A program made the position numbers and the translations under genes. From Arcobacteraceae bacterium (lineage in GTDB: Bacteria > Campylobacterota > Campylobacteria > Campylobacterales > Arcobacteraceae), in the NCBI GenBank assembly GCA_963662945.1, contig OY759974.1:1152001-1216000 (forward strand): a stretch of DNA of 64,000 nucleotides. The letters run 5' to 3'. Below are positions 20,627 to 30,400 of the stretch, one piece after another; positions within the stretch are counted from its first letter, which is position 1, and each line of letters starts with the position of its first letter. Below the pieces are notes generated by a model, which worked only from the letters and a program-made list of their open reading frames with translations, did not search any database and was not told the DNA's origin.

Positions 20627-21640
20627 ATGAAAAGAATTGTTATAAACAATCCGTACGATATGCATCTACATTTAAGAGATAACGATATGTTAAAGTTGGT
20701 TGCACCATTAACATCAGAAACTTTTTCTGGTGCAATTGTGATGCCAAATCTTGTACCACCTGTAGATACAAAAGAAGCTGTCATTGCATATAAAAATAGA
20801 ATTTTAGAGGCTATCAAACCAAGTGATAACTTTACACCTTTCATGACGCTATTTTTTAAACCGTATTCAAAAGAGTTCCTAAAAAATGTTAGGGAAGAAA
20901 TACATGCTATTAAACTCTATCCAGCTGGTATTACTACAAATAGTGAAGGTGGTGTAGAATCAATAGACACTGTTGCATTAGCCCCAACACTTAATGCGAT
21001 GGCTGAATTAGATATTCCTTTATGTGTTCATGGGGAAACAAATGGTTTTGTAATGGACAGAGAAAAAGAGTTTATGAGTGTTTATGAAGCACTTGCTATT
21101 GCTTTTCCTAAACTAAAAATTATTATGGAACATATCACTACAAGAGATGCTGTAGAATTATTACAAAAATATGATAACCTTTATGCAACAATTACCCTTC
21201 ATCATCTTTTAATTACTCTTGATGATGTGGCTGGAGGTATGTTACAACCTCATTTATTTTGTAAACCAATAGCAAAAAGACCTATTGATAGAGAAGCATT
21301 ACTAAAAATAGCACTAAGTGGTAATCCAAAAGTAATGTTTGGAAGTGATAGTGCTCCACATCCGCAAGAAGCAAAAGAAAGTTGCGGTTGTGCTGCTGGA
21401 GTATTTACGGCACCTATTGCTTTGCAAGTATTAGCTCAAATTTTTGATGAAAATGGTAAATTAGAGAATTTACAAGATTTTGTAAGCACTAATGCTTCTA
21501 AAATTTATAATTTACAACCATCTTCAAAATCAATCACTTTAATTCAAAAAGATTTTTTAGTTCCTAAAGTATATGAAAAGAATGGACTTAAAGTTATTCC
21601 TATGTATGCTGGACAAACAATAAAATGGAGTACTGAATGA
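20627..21640 (+). CDS. pyrC: Dihydroorotase (homodimeric type)
   Basis: DMHLHLRD, MPNL.PP, KLYPAG.TTNS, GSDSAPH. Confidence 0.96.
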   Translation: MKRIVINNPYDMHLHLRDNDMLKLVAPLTSETFSGAIVMPNLVPPVDTKEAVIAYKNRILEAIKPSDNFTPFMTLFFKPYSKEFLKNVREEIHAIKLYPAGITTNSEGGVESIDTVALAPTLNAMAELDIPLCVHGETNGFVMDREKEFMSVYEALAIAFPKLKIIMEHITTRDAVELLQKYDNLYATITLHHLLITLDDVAGGMLQPHLFCKPIAKRPIDREALLKIALSGNPKVMFGSDSAPHPQEAKESCGCAAGVFTAPIALQVLAQIFDENGKLENLQDFVSTNASKIYNLQPSSKSITLIQKDFLVPKVYEKNGLKVIPMYAGQTIKWSTE

Positions 21641-23586
21641 TAAAAAAACTTTTCAAAAAAGAACATTCAAATGAAACATTTGCACTAGAACTAACAAAAA
21701 AGAAATTTGATGAAAACTGGCTTCTAGAAGGTTTAAAATCAGACTATATTGATATTAATCACAAAGATAAAGATGGCGATACTTTCTTAACAAAATGTGT
21801 TAAAGAGGGACGATTTAATGCCGCTGAATGGCTTATTAAAAATGGTGCCGATATTAATCTTAAAAATAATAGTGGCAAAAATGCACTTGAAATAGCAGTT
21901 GAAAAAAATAATTTACCTATAGTAAAAGGGTTGTTAGATCTAGGAAAAATTGACGTCAATCAAAAAGATATGTCAGGAAGAAGTTTACTTCAAAATGTTG
22001 TTGTTTGGGGAAATCATCAAATGGCAAAGATACTTTTACACTATGGTGCAGATGTTAATAGTATAGATAACTACGGTAGAATAGTTTTATATGATGCATT
22101 GGCATATGGAGACCAACACTTCTTACGATACTTACTATCTCTTGATAAACTCAATATAAATCATATTGATGATGAGGGTAATACTCTTATGCAATATCCA
22201 GAAGTTACAAAAAATGATTCTATTGCAAAAGATATATTAGTAGCGGGGATAGATCCCACTATAACAAAGGAAGATGAAGAATCATTTTTATATAAAACTA
22301 TGTTAAGAGATGATAAAGATTCAGAATCTGTTTTTGATGTAGCATTAGAACATGGCGCAAATGTAAATGCACGAACACTTGATGGAAATACAATTCTTGT
22401 TAAACTTATCTACATAGCTTCTATGCTTCCTCAAAATGAAAAAGCAAAAAGAAATTTATATCTTAGTAGAGCGAAAAAAATGATTGAAAATCATGGGGAT
22501 TTAAACGTTCTTGATCCAAATGGTGAAACAATTTTATTTCATGCAATACGACAAAAAGATATGGATTTAATCAATTTTCTTCTTACGTATGGAATTGATG
22601 CAAATATCCAAGATGCTACAGGGAAACCTGTTCTTGAATATGCTGTATATTATGGTATAGAAAGAATAGATTTGATTTTGTTACTTATCAATCATGGTGC
22701 TAATCCAAAGCAAAAGAACAAACAAGGAAAATGTATTTACGAAATTCTTAATGATATTATTCTTCACCAATACGGAACAAAACTTATTGTAGAAAAAGAA
22801 CTAATATCAAAAATTGAGAAAAATGGACAGTATATAGAGATTGTAAAAAAATTCTTAGAGATAAATAATGCAAATGAAGAAAAAGTAGATTACCTTGATT
22901 CTACTGGTGATCCATTATTTTTTAAACCACTTATTTATGATCATTTTGTACTTTTTAGAGTATATATAAAATTTGGGCTTGATATACATGCAAAAAATAA
23001 AGCAAATCATAATATCTTTTTTGAGTATGTACTCAAAGTCTTTGAAAAAAATGACAACTCTTTAAAAGCCTGTGATAATTTCCAACACAATCTTACAAAT
23101 CTTATTAGTAGTAAAATAGATAAAAACTATCAAGATGCATTAGGATGGACAATATTACATAAAGTAGTGGGAACTCCTTGTGATGAAAAACTTTTTGATA
23201 TTTTAACAACAGTTGTTCCTTTTGATTATACCATAGTTGATCACCTAGGAAGAAGTGTTATCCATAATGCAGTTTGGGGAAATAAGAAAAATATTATTAA
23301 AAAAATAGCAACGCTTTCAAAAGATAGTATTAATATAGAAGATTCTTATAATATTTTACCAATGGTATATGCAGCACTTCTAGGAAATAGAGAAATCGTT
23401 TTAGAATTTTTAAGATTAGGTTCATTTATCCATTCAAAGAAAAAAATAGATCCTAAAGCTATCAAAAAATTTAGTCCAATGTTAAAAAACCTTGAAAAAC
23501 TGACTGAAGGTGTAGAGGACTTATCTGACTTACAAAACTTAAATACCGTTAGAGAACAAGTTAAAAAAGACTTCGGTGTTCTTTAA
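21637..23586 (+). CDS. Ankyrin-repeat protein (paralog 1)
   Basis: Many LI.nGADIN..D..G.t.L repeats; ATGA overlap with pyrC stop. Confidence 0.88.
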   Translation: MIKKLFKKEHSNETFALELTKKKFDENWLLEGLKSDYIDINHKDKDGDTFLTKCVKEGRFNAAEWLIKNGADINLKNNSGKNALEIAVEKNNLPIVKGLLDLGKIDVNQKDMSGRSLLQNVVVWGNHQMAKILLHYGADVNSIDNYGRIVLYDALAYGDQHFLRYLLSLDKLNINHIDDEGNTLMQYPEVTKNDSIAKDILVAGIDPTITKEDEESFLYKTMLRDDKDSESVFDVALEHGANVNARTLDGNTILVKLIYIASMLPQNEKAKRNLYLSRAKKMIENHGDLNVLDPNGETILFHAIRQKDMDLINFLLTYGIDANIQDATGKPVLEYAVYYGIERIDLILLLINHGANPKQKNKQGKCIYEILNDIILHQYGTKLIVEKELISKIEKNGQYIEIVKKFLEINNANEEKVDYLDSTGDPLFFKPLIYDHFVLFRVYIKFGLDIHAKNKANHNIFFEYVLKVFEKNDNSLKACDNFQHNLTNLISSKIDKNYQDALGWTILHKVVGTPCDEKLFDILTTVVPFDYTIVDHLGRSVIHNAVWGNKKNIIKKIATLSKDSINIEDSYNILPMVYAALLGNREIVLEFLRLGSFIHSKKKIDPKAIKKFSPMLKNLEKLTEGVEDLSDLQNLNTVREQVKKDFGVL

Positions 23587-23599
23587 AGTGAGATAAATA

Positions 23600-25543
23600 T
23601 TGTTAAAAAGATTTTTAAAAAACAATCTTATTAACAATAGTTCTTTCTTACAAGAGCTTTATAAACCTAAATTTAATAAGCAAATTTTACAAGAACTTAT
23701 TCTCAATAAAAAAATCAATATAAATTTTAAAGATTCAAAAGGAAATAGTTATTTAAATAATTGTATTCTTGATAACAAGTTCGAATCTGCTTTATGGCTC
23801 ATAGAACAAGGGATAGATGTCACTATTGAAAATAATAAAAATCAATCTTCATTTCATCTTTGTCTTGAGAATGAAAATCCAAAAATTCTCTCTAAAATTC
23901 TTCAACAAGAAAAAATCAATATTAATGAAAAAGATAAATTTGGAAGAATTCCTCTACAAGATTTAGTTGTGGATGGTAAAATTGAATTAGCAAAACTGCT
24001 TATTAAGTTTGGTGCAGATATCAATTCACAAGATAAACATCATCGTAATGTAATTTTTGATGCTTTGTCATATGGTGATGAAAATTTTATAGTGTATCTT
24101 TTATCTCTTGATGACCCTAAAATAGACTTAAATAATGTAGATGATAACCTCAATACTATTATGCATCATAGTGAAGTTACTTCAAATGATACTATAGCTG
24201 AAAAGCTTATTGATGCAGGTGCTGATGTAACTATTAAAAATGCTAAAGGGGAAACTTTTTTATGTAATGCAGCATTAAGGGGCGAACAGGCTAAAAAATT
24301 AGTTGAGCTAGCTTTACAAAAAGGAGCAGATGTTAATTCAAAAGTAAATCAAGATAACACGATTTTTATAGAGCTTATGAAAACATTTGCTCAATTACCA
24401 CATCATGAAGTGGACAGAAGAAGAAACCTTTTAGAAATGGCTAAACTCATCATAAATTATGGAGGAGATATTGATGCTGTTAATGCAGACCATGAAACGG
24501 CCCTATTCCAAGCTATACGGGCTAGAGATTTCACTCTTATCTCCTACCTACTAAAACTTGGAGTAAATCCAAATATTATAAATAAATATGGAAGGACAGT
24601 ACTTCTTGAAGTAGTTTATCAAGGAATAGAAAGTTTAGATATATTACTTCTATTATTGGAATATGGAGCTGATCCAATAATCAAAAATCTCAAAGGACAA
24701 ACTATCTTTGAAACACTTAATGATATCATTCTTCATACACATCAAAAAAAATATTTAGATGATGATCAACTTATATCTATGATTGATTTAAATGGACAAT
24801 ACATGGTTCTTTTAAAAGAATTACTAAAACAAAACAAAGCAGATCTTAACTTCTTAGGTGCTTCAGGTCAACCATTATTCTTTGAACCATTATTATATGA
24901 TGATGGACAGCTATTTCGTCTTTATCTAAATACTGATATTAATCTTCATATGACAAATAAAGCTGGTCACAACCTTTTTTATGAATATGTATTAAAAGTT
25001 TTTCAAGACAATGATACAACTGTTAAGTTTCAAGACAATCTTAGTCGTCTTATTAGTAAAAAAATCAACCATAATTTTCAAGATGCTTTAGGTTGGACAG
25101 TATTACATAAAATAATGGAAACAAAATCAAATGAAAATCTTTTTGAAATATTAGTTAAAATTGTAAAATTCGATTTAACAATTACAGACAACCTTGGAAG
25201 AACAGCACTTCATAATGCAATTTGGCATAATAATCATAAAATGATAGCTGCTTTGAATAAAGTAGACTATACACTTATAAATAAAGAAGATATTTACGGA
25301 ATCACCCCAATAAAATATGCTGCGTTACTTGGTTCTCAAAGTTTAGTTTTACTTATTATAAGTTTGAAAGCCGAGATTACAGGGGGATATAAAATACCTC
25401 AAAAAGCAGCAAAAAAATTTAATCCTATGCTTCAAAATCTTCCAAAATTAAAAGAAAATCTTACAGATGAATATTTAATTGAAAGAATAGATACATTAAT
25501 ACGCCAAATCTATATTGATTTTGGCGCGTCATGTGAATTGTAG
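23600..25543 (+). CDS. Ankyrin-repeat protein (paralog 2)
   Basis: Same repeat pattern; colinear with paralog 1 (e.g. QDALGWT.LHK, D.LGR...HNA.W, YAALLG); TTG start. Confidence 0.88.
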   Translation: MLKRFLKNNLINNSSFLQELYKPKFNKQILQELILNKKININFKDSKGNSYLNNCILDNKFESALWLIEQGIDVTIENNKNQSSFHLCLENENPKILSKILQQEKININEKDKFGRIPLQDLVVDGKIELAKLLIKFGADINSQDKHHRNVIFDALSYGDENFIVYLLSLDDPKIDLNNVDDNLNTIMHHSEVTSNDTIAEKLIDAGADVTIKNAKGETFLCNAALRGEQAKKLVELALQKGADVNSKVNQDNTIFIELMKTFAQLPHHEVDRRRNLLEMAKLIINYGGDIDAVNADHETALFQAIRARDFTLISYLLKLGVNPNIINKYGRTVLLEVVYQGIESLDILLLLLEYGADPIIKNLKGQTIFETLNDIILHTHQKKYLDDDQLISMIDLNGQYMVLLKELLKQNKADLNFLGASGQPLFFEPLLYDDGQLFRLYLNTDINLHMTNKAGHNLFYEYVLKVFQDNDTTVKFQDNLSRLISKKINHNFQDALGWTVLHKIMETKSNENLFEILVKIVKFDLTITDNLGRTALHNAIWHNNHKMIAALNKVDYTLINKEDIYGITPIKYAALLGSQSLVLLIISLKAEITGGYKIPQKAAKKFNPMLQNLPKLKENLTDEYLIERIDTLIRQIYIDFGASCEL

Positions 25544-27238
25544 TTAGAATAATTCAGTATTTAAAACTGCTCCACTACTAGCATTTGTTACTAGTGCTCT
25601 GTATTGTTTTAACCAGCTTGAATTTAGCTCTTTTTTAATAGGTGTAAATGCTGCTTTTCTTTTTGCAATCTCTTCATCACTTAAATTAACTGATAAAATA
25701 TATTTATCTACATCAATGTGTATCTCATCACCATCTTTTAAAAGACCTATCATCCCACCTTCAGCAGCTTCAGGAGAAACATGTCCAATACTAGCTCCTC
25801 TAGTTGCACCACTAAATCTTCCATCAGTTATTAAAGCAACTTTATCACCAAGTCCCATACCCATAATTAAACTTGTAGGTGCTAGCATCTCTTGCATACC
25901 AGGACCACCTTTTGGACCTTCATATCGAATAACTACTACATCACCAGCTTTTACTTTATGATTGATAATACCAGCAATTGCCTCATCTTGCGAATTAAAA
26001 CATACTGCAGTTCCTGTAAAGACTCTATCTCCTGTAATACCCGCAGTTTTAATAACAGCACCTTGTTCTGCTAAATTTCCATAAAGAATCGCTAATCCAC
26101 CAACTTCACTGTATGGATTGTCTATTGTATGGATAATAGTTGTATCTACTATTTTAGCATCTTTGATTCTCTCTTTAATTGTTTCACCAGTTATAGTTAA
26201 ATTATCAATCAAGATATCATCACCTCGTTTACTCATCTCTGCCATAACAGCACTTACTCCACCTGCTTTATCAATATCTTGCATATGTACAGTACTTAAA
26301 CTAGGAGATATTTTTGCAATATGAGAAACTCTTTTTGAAATAGTATTAATATCTTTTAATTCAAAATTAACACCTGCTTCTTTTGCAATAGCTAACATAT
26401 GTAAAACTGTATTTGAGCTTCCACCCATAGCCATATCAACTGCAAAAGCATTTCGTACTGCATTTTCATTTAAAATACTTTTAATATTGTATTTTTTCTT
26501 TTCTTCTAAATCAAGTTTTGCTAACTCACAAACTCTTCGTGCAGCTTTTCTATATAACTCTTCTCTCTCTTTTGTTAATGCTAAAATAGTTCCATTACCT
26601 GGAAGTGCTATACCCATAGCTTCCATAAGTGTATTCATAGAGTTTGCTGTAAACATTCCAGAACAACTTCCTCCACTTGGACAGGCATTACACTCAATAT
26701 CTTTTAACTCATCAGCAGTGATATCGCCATTTTCATATTTTCCAACAGCTTCAAATGCTGTTGCTAAATCTATAGGTGTACCATCTTTTGTGTATCCTTT
26801 TGCCATTGGTCCACCAGATACAAATACTGTAGGTACATTTACCCTTAATGCTCCCATAATCATCCCTGGAACGATTTTATCACAATTTGGTATAGCAATC
26901 ATTGCATCAAGTTTATGTGCATTCATAACAGTTTCTATGCTATTTGCAATAATTTCTCTACTTGGAAGTGAAAAAAGCATCCCATCATGTCCCATAGCTA
27001 TTCCATCATCAACACCAATAGTATTAAATTCAAAAGGTACACAACCATTTGCTCTTATCTCTTCTTTAATAATGTCACTTACTTTATCAAGAAAAAAGTG
27101 TCCAGGAATTATTTCTATAAATGAGTTTGCTACACCAATAAATGGTTTATCAAAATCCTCATCTTTAAGTCCTGTTGCACGAAACAAACTTCTATGTGGA
27201 GCACGTGCATGCCCTTTTTTTACCTCATCACTTCTCAT
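25544..27238 (-). CDS. ilvD: Dihydroxy-acid dehydratase
   Basis: [37 protein letters not shown]. Confidence 0.98.
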   Translation of the reverse strand: MRSDEVKKGHARAPHRSLFRATGLKDEDFDKPFIGVANSFIEIIPGHFFLDKVSDIIKEEIRANGCVPFEFNTIGVDDGIAMGHDGMLFSLPSREIIANSIETVMNAHKLDAMIAIPNCDKIVPGMIMGALRVNVPTVFVSGGPMAKGYTKDGTPIDLATAFEAVGKYENGDITADELKDIECNACPSGGSCSGMFTANSMNTLMEAMGIALPGNGTILALTKEREELYRKAARRVCELAKLDLEEKKKYNIKSILNENAVRNAFAVDMAMGGSSNTVLHMLAIAKEAGVNFELKDINTISKRVSHIAKISPSLSTVHMQDIDKAGGVSAVMAEMSKRGDDILIDNLTITGETIKERIKDAKIVDTTIIHTIDNPYSEVGGLAILYGNLAEQGAVIKTAGITGDRVFTGTAVCFNSQDEAIAGIINHKVKAGDVVVIRYEGPKGGPGMQEMLAPTSLIMGMGLGDKVALITDGRFSGATRGASIGHVSPEAAEGGMIGLLKDGDEIHIDVDKYILSVNLSDEEIAKRKAAFTPIKKELNSSWLKQYRALVTNASSGAVLNTELF

Positions 27239-27341
27239 AATATCTATCCTTAAAAAATTTCTATTTTATTTGTTCGTATTATAGTTGAATTTTCATTAAT
27301 TTCAAAAAATTTGTAAATTTTTTAATTTATTGAAAAAACCC

Positions 27342-27370
27342 TTGACTTATGAAAAAGAAATCGCTATAAT
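27342..27370 (+). promoter_or_regulatory. Sigma70 promoter of tRNA operon
   Basis: TTGACT-17 bp-TATAAT. Confidence 0.8.
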
Positions 27371-27442
27371 TCCAGTCCAATTTAAGAGGAAAGCTTTTAA
27401 GTTAGGATTAATTTACCATTGATAGAGATATCAAAAATGCAT

Positions 27443-27529
27443 GCGAGTGTGGCGGAATAGGTAGACGCGTTGGACTTAAAATCCAATTCCGGTTTCGGAG
27501 TATCGGTTCAATTCCGATCATTCGCACCA
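27443..27529 (+). tRNA. tRNA-Leu(TAA)
   Basis: Acceptor GCGAGTG/CATTCGC, anticodon arm TTGGA-CTTAAAA-TCCAA, long variable arm, GTTCAA T-loop, ACCA end. Confidence 0.96.
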
Positions 27530-27580
27530 TAACTTTAAAAATGATACTAAAAGTATCTTTTTTTTTGTATCATTAAATGT

Positions 27581-27669
27581 AGAGAGTTGCCAGAGTTGGT
27601 CGAATGGACCGGTTTTGAAAACCGGCGAGGGTCACACCTCCGAGGGTTCGAATCCCTTGCTCTCTGCCA
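27581..27669 (+). tRNA. tRNA-Ser(TGA)
   Basis: Acceptor AGAGAGT/GCTCTCT, CCGGT-TTTGAAA-ACCGG, long variable arm, GTTCGAAT, GCCA end. Confidence 0.96.
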
Positions 27670-27703
27670 CTAAATCAAAAATTAGCCAAATAATAAAATA
27701 CCT

Positions 27704-27780
27704 GTCAGGGTAGCTCAGCTGGCTAGAGCGCTGGTCTCATAAGCCGGAGGTCGAGAGTTCAAGTCTCTCTCCTGACACCA
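27704..27780 (+). tRNA. tRNA-Met(CAT), elongator type
   Basis: G1-C72 paired acceptor GTCAGGG/TCCTGAC, loop CTCATAA, ACCA end; lacks the initiator GGG/CCC anticodon stem. Confidence 0.93.
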
Positions 27781-27822
27781 TTTAATCTATCTTTTAATTA
27801 AATTCAAATATTTTACACTACA

Positions 27823-27936
27823 TTATGTATTACTTACTAAAAAAATTCCTACATTAAAAGCAAATACTGCTATAACTGTTAATATGTATGGCAAAACAGT
27901 TGGCTTTATAACTTGTTCGAACTTTTCATTTTTCAA
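27823..27936 (-). CDS. Unannotated 37-aa single-TM small protein
   Basis: AAAGGA RBS, TTG start, MKNEKFEQVIKPTVLPYILTVIAVFAFNVGIFLVSNT*. Confidence 0.55.
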   Translation of the reverse strand: MKNEKFEQVIKPTVLPYILTVIAVFAFNVGIFLVSNT

Positions 27937-28025
27937 AACTTATCCTTTCTTATATTTATAAAATAATATTATAATACCAAAAAGTTTAAACTAACTTTGT
28001 ATTATAACTTTATTTATTATATAAA

Positions 28026-29300
28026 TCAAAAAAGCTCCCCTCCACTTTTTATAATATCTATACCAAATTTATCCCTTAATTGTTGTAAAGACTTAGTTAA
28101 TTTTAATTGTTTTGTATCTTCTTCATAGTTCAATAAATCCATAGTTATATTTTTGTTCTCTTCAAAATTTGAAAGTGTTATATTCACTTGTATTATATTA
28201 TGTGTAGGATGAATATCTATTTTATCAAAGAGCTTGATAATCTCTTTTTTTAAATGTTGTTCATTAAATAATCTATTAAAATTTACAAAGTCTTTACTCT
28301 TAGCCCCATATTGATATCGTATTTTTAATGCATATGTTAATGGGTTATGTTTTCCTTTTAAAGCTAAAAAACTTAAATGCCTGCAAAGAATTGTTAATCT
28401 TCTTTTTATTTCATCTCTATCATTAAGAGCATCCCATGTACGACCAAGACCTATTGACTTTTTTTCTCTCTCTGTAGATATTGAAATAGGTTCATTTTCC
28501 AAACCACAAACTCTATTATAAAGTTGAACACCAGGTTTACCCCACTTTTCAAAAAGATATTTTTTATCTTTTATATCGCCTAATGTCTTTATCCCATGTC
28601 CCAACAATCTTTTTTGATATCCTTTTCCAATACCTGCAAACATTGCTATTGGGACATCTTTTATAAATTCATCTAGTTCTTCTTGTTTGATGAGCTTTAC
28701 CCCATTTGGCTTTGCAAACTCTGTGGCTAATTTAGCCATCCATTTCGTTTTAGCAATTCCTACTGATACGGGTAATCCTAATTCATCTAAAATTTGTTTT
28801 TTTATATTTTTCCCAAAAAGAAAAGCCTCTTCATCTTTAATCCAACCCGTTATATCTCCAAAAAATTCATCAATAGAAAACTGCTCAATCAAAGGTATCT
28901 CTTTTTCAAGTAGTAATTTTAATTTATTGGATAATTCATGATACAAAGGATAATTTGGAGGTAATACCTTTAACTGTGGACACCAGCGTAATGCTTCAGC
29001 AACAGGCATTGCAGTTTTTACTCCATAATTTCTGGCTTCATAACTTGATGTAGTCAATATCCCCCTTATTCTTCCATCAGGATCTACAAAATAATCTTCA
29101 AAAGTTTTATCATCATTACTACTTAATATGGAACTAGTAAATGCACCTCCTATTTTACTTAAATGTCTTGTTTGTTTTGTTTTTTCAAAAATTGATAAGT
29201 TACTCCTTCCCCCTACTGCTAATGGGATATTTTCTAAATGAGGATTATTTATTCTATGCGCTGATACAAAAAAACAATCAATATCTATATGAAGTTTCAT
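28026..29300 (-). CDS. dinB: Y-family DNA polymerase IV
   Basis: HIDIDCFFVS, SYEAR.YGV, SIDEFF.D, KLA..AKP.G. Confidence 0.92.
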   Translation of the reverse strand: MKLHIDIDCFFVSAHRINNPHLENIPLAVGGRSNLSIFEKTKQTRHLSKIGGAFTSSILSSNDDKTFEDYFVDPDGRIRGILTTSSYEARNYGVKTAMPVAEALRWCPQLKVLPPNYPLYHELSNKLKLLLEKEIPLIEQFSIDEFFGDITGWIKDEEAFLFGKNIKKQILDELGLPVSVGIAKTKWMAKLATEFAKPNGVKLIKQEELDEFIKDVPIAMFAGIGKGYQKRLLGHGIKTLGDIKDKKYLFEKWGKPGVQLYNRVCGLENEPISISTEREKKSIGLGRTWDALNDRDEIKRRLTILCRHLSFLALKGKHNPLTYALKIRYQYGAKSKDFVNFNRLFNEQHLKKEIIKLFDKIDIHPTHNIIQVNITLSNFEENKNITMDLLNYEEDTKQLKLTKSLQQLRDKFGIDIIKSGGELF

Positions 29301-29552
29301 ATTTTCATTTTATCCTTAATCTATATTTATACCCTAATCATACCATTAATAAAAAATAGAACCTCAAAATATTGCAAATTGTTAATCATTTAAAATCTAT
29401 ACATTTTTGCTATAAAATATATAAATATTACAAAATTGTAATATTATTTATTTGGTATAATTTTTAAAATAATAAAATTAAATTATAATAATGAGAGTCT
29501 AAAGCCTTTAAATAAAGTATCTTTTATATATCCTATAAAACTAATAACACTA

Positions 29553-29568
29553 TGGTACGCCCTATGCA
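29553..29568 (+). promoter_or_regulatory. Putative sigma54 (-24/-12) promoter
   Basis: TGGTACG-CCCT-ATGCA, i.e. GG-N10-GC, against consensus TGGCACG-N4-TTGCW. Confidence 0.6.
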
Positions 29569-29622
29569 GTAGTACAATGTATATAACTTGTAATTTTAAA
29601 ATTACAGAACAAGGAGTTTAAA

Positions 29623-29772
29623 ATGTATGAATGTCAAATAGTAGAAATAGAAGATGTAAATTTTTGTCATTTTATCAATCATTATGATGAACTAGAAAAC
29701 GATTATCTTACTTATGAAGAGTCAATTGAATACAATGACTTTGTAAATAACAATGAGTATGATGAATATTAA
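29623..29772 (+). CDS. Unannotated 49-aa highly acidic Tyr/Asn-rich protein
   Basis: AAGGAG RBS 6 nt upstream; MYECQIVEIEDVNFCHFINHYDELENDYLTYEESIEYNDFVNNNEYDEY*. Confidence 0.65.
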   Translation: MYECQIVEIEDVNFCHFINHYDELENDYLTYEESIEYNDFVNNNEYDEY

Positions 29773-29787
29773 TAAATTCTAAAAACT

Positions 29788-29819
29788 AAAAAAGCCCCAC
29801 TATGAAGTAGAGCTTTTTT
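29788..29819 (-). terminator. Intrinsic terminator (minus-strand polarity)
   Basis: AAGCTCTACT-TCAT-AGTGGGGCTT pairs fully only on the minus strand via G-U pairs, followed by a T run. Confidence 0.7.
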
Positions 29820-29871
29820 ATAAATTTCGAATTTTAAGGAAAGTAGAGGTAAATGAACAACCTCAACTTGT
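29788..29871 (-). ncRNA. Candidate small RNA
   Basis: TATAAT at 29883-29878, 5' hairpin, unpaired UCCUU, 3' terminator with U tail. Confidence 0.5.
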
Positions 29872-29941
29872 AATACAATTATAAGAAGCGAAAATGAAAT
29901 GAAAATGAAATTACATGTTTATTAAAATAGTTTAGAAAATT

Positions 29942-30388
29942 TTAATATGCATGTAAAAATTTATTCAATTGATTTGCAAATTTTTGTGCATCTTTTTGGG
30001 TAAAAGGTGGTGGTCCTTTTGTTATCTCACCACTATCCCGAATACTTTGCATCAAATCTCTCATCGCTAAATATTGTTTTATATTTTCAGTTGTATAAAG
30101 TTCCCCTCTATGATCTATAGCATGAGCTTGTTTAGTAATGGTTCTATCTGCTAGAGGAATATCTGCTGTTATCACTAAATCTTCAGAATCTAGCATCTCT
30201 ATAATTTTATTATCAGCTTCATCTGCACCTGCCTCTACAATAAGATAGTGGATATTCTTAGCATTACTTCCTATTGATATCTTTTTATTGGATACAACAT
30301 AAGTTTCAATATTTCGTTTCTCTATAGCTCGAACTAAAATTGGTTTTAGAATATTTGGTAAAGCATCGCCATCAATGTATAATTTCAT
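29942..30388 (-). CDS. YaiI/YqxD (UPF0178) family protein
   Basis: YIDGDA.P, D.AD..I, VITADIPLA motifs. Confidence 0.92.
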   Translation of the reverse strand: MKLYIDGDALPNILKPILVRAIEKRNIETYVVSNKKISIGSNAKNIHYLIVEAGADEADNKIIEMLDSEDLVITADIPLADRTITKQAHAIDHRGELYTTENIKQYLAMRDLMQSIRDSGEITKGPPPFTQKDAQKFANQLNKFLHAY

Positions 30389-30400
30389 ATTTTATTGTAG

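Noticed and set aside
25541-25546. Zero-gap convergent stops (ankyrin 2/ilvD; also murG/rimO and cysS/PAS gene)
   Set aside because: Common in compact Campylobacterota genomes
26487-27284. 265-aa plus-strand ORF antisense to ilvD, and similar shadow ORFs opposite mlaD, porB, prfA, nusA, ftsW and cysS
   Set aside because: Exact antisense-frame shadows of conserved genes with Ser/Ile/Pro-rich composition and no motifs
29297-29308. Three-codon uORF (MKI*) overlapping the dinB start
   Set aside because: Easily arises by chance in AT-rich DNA; no supporting evidence
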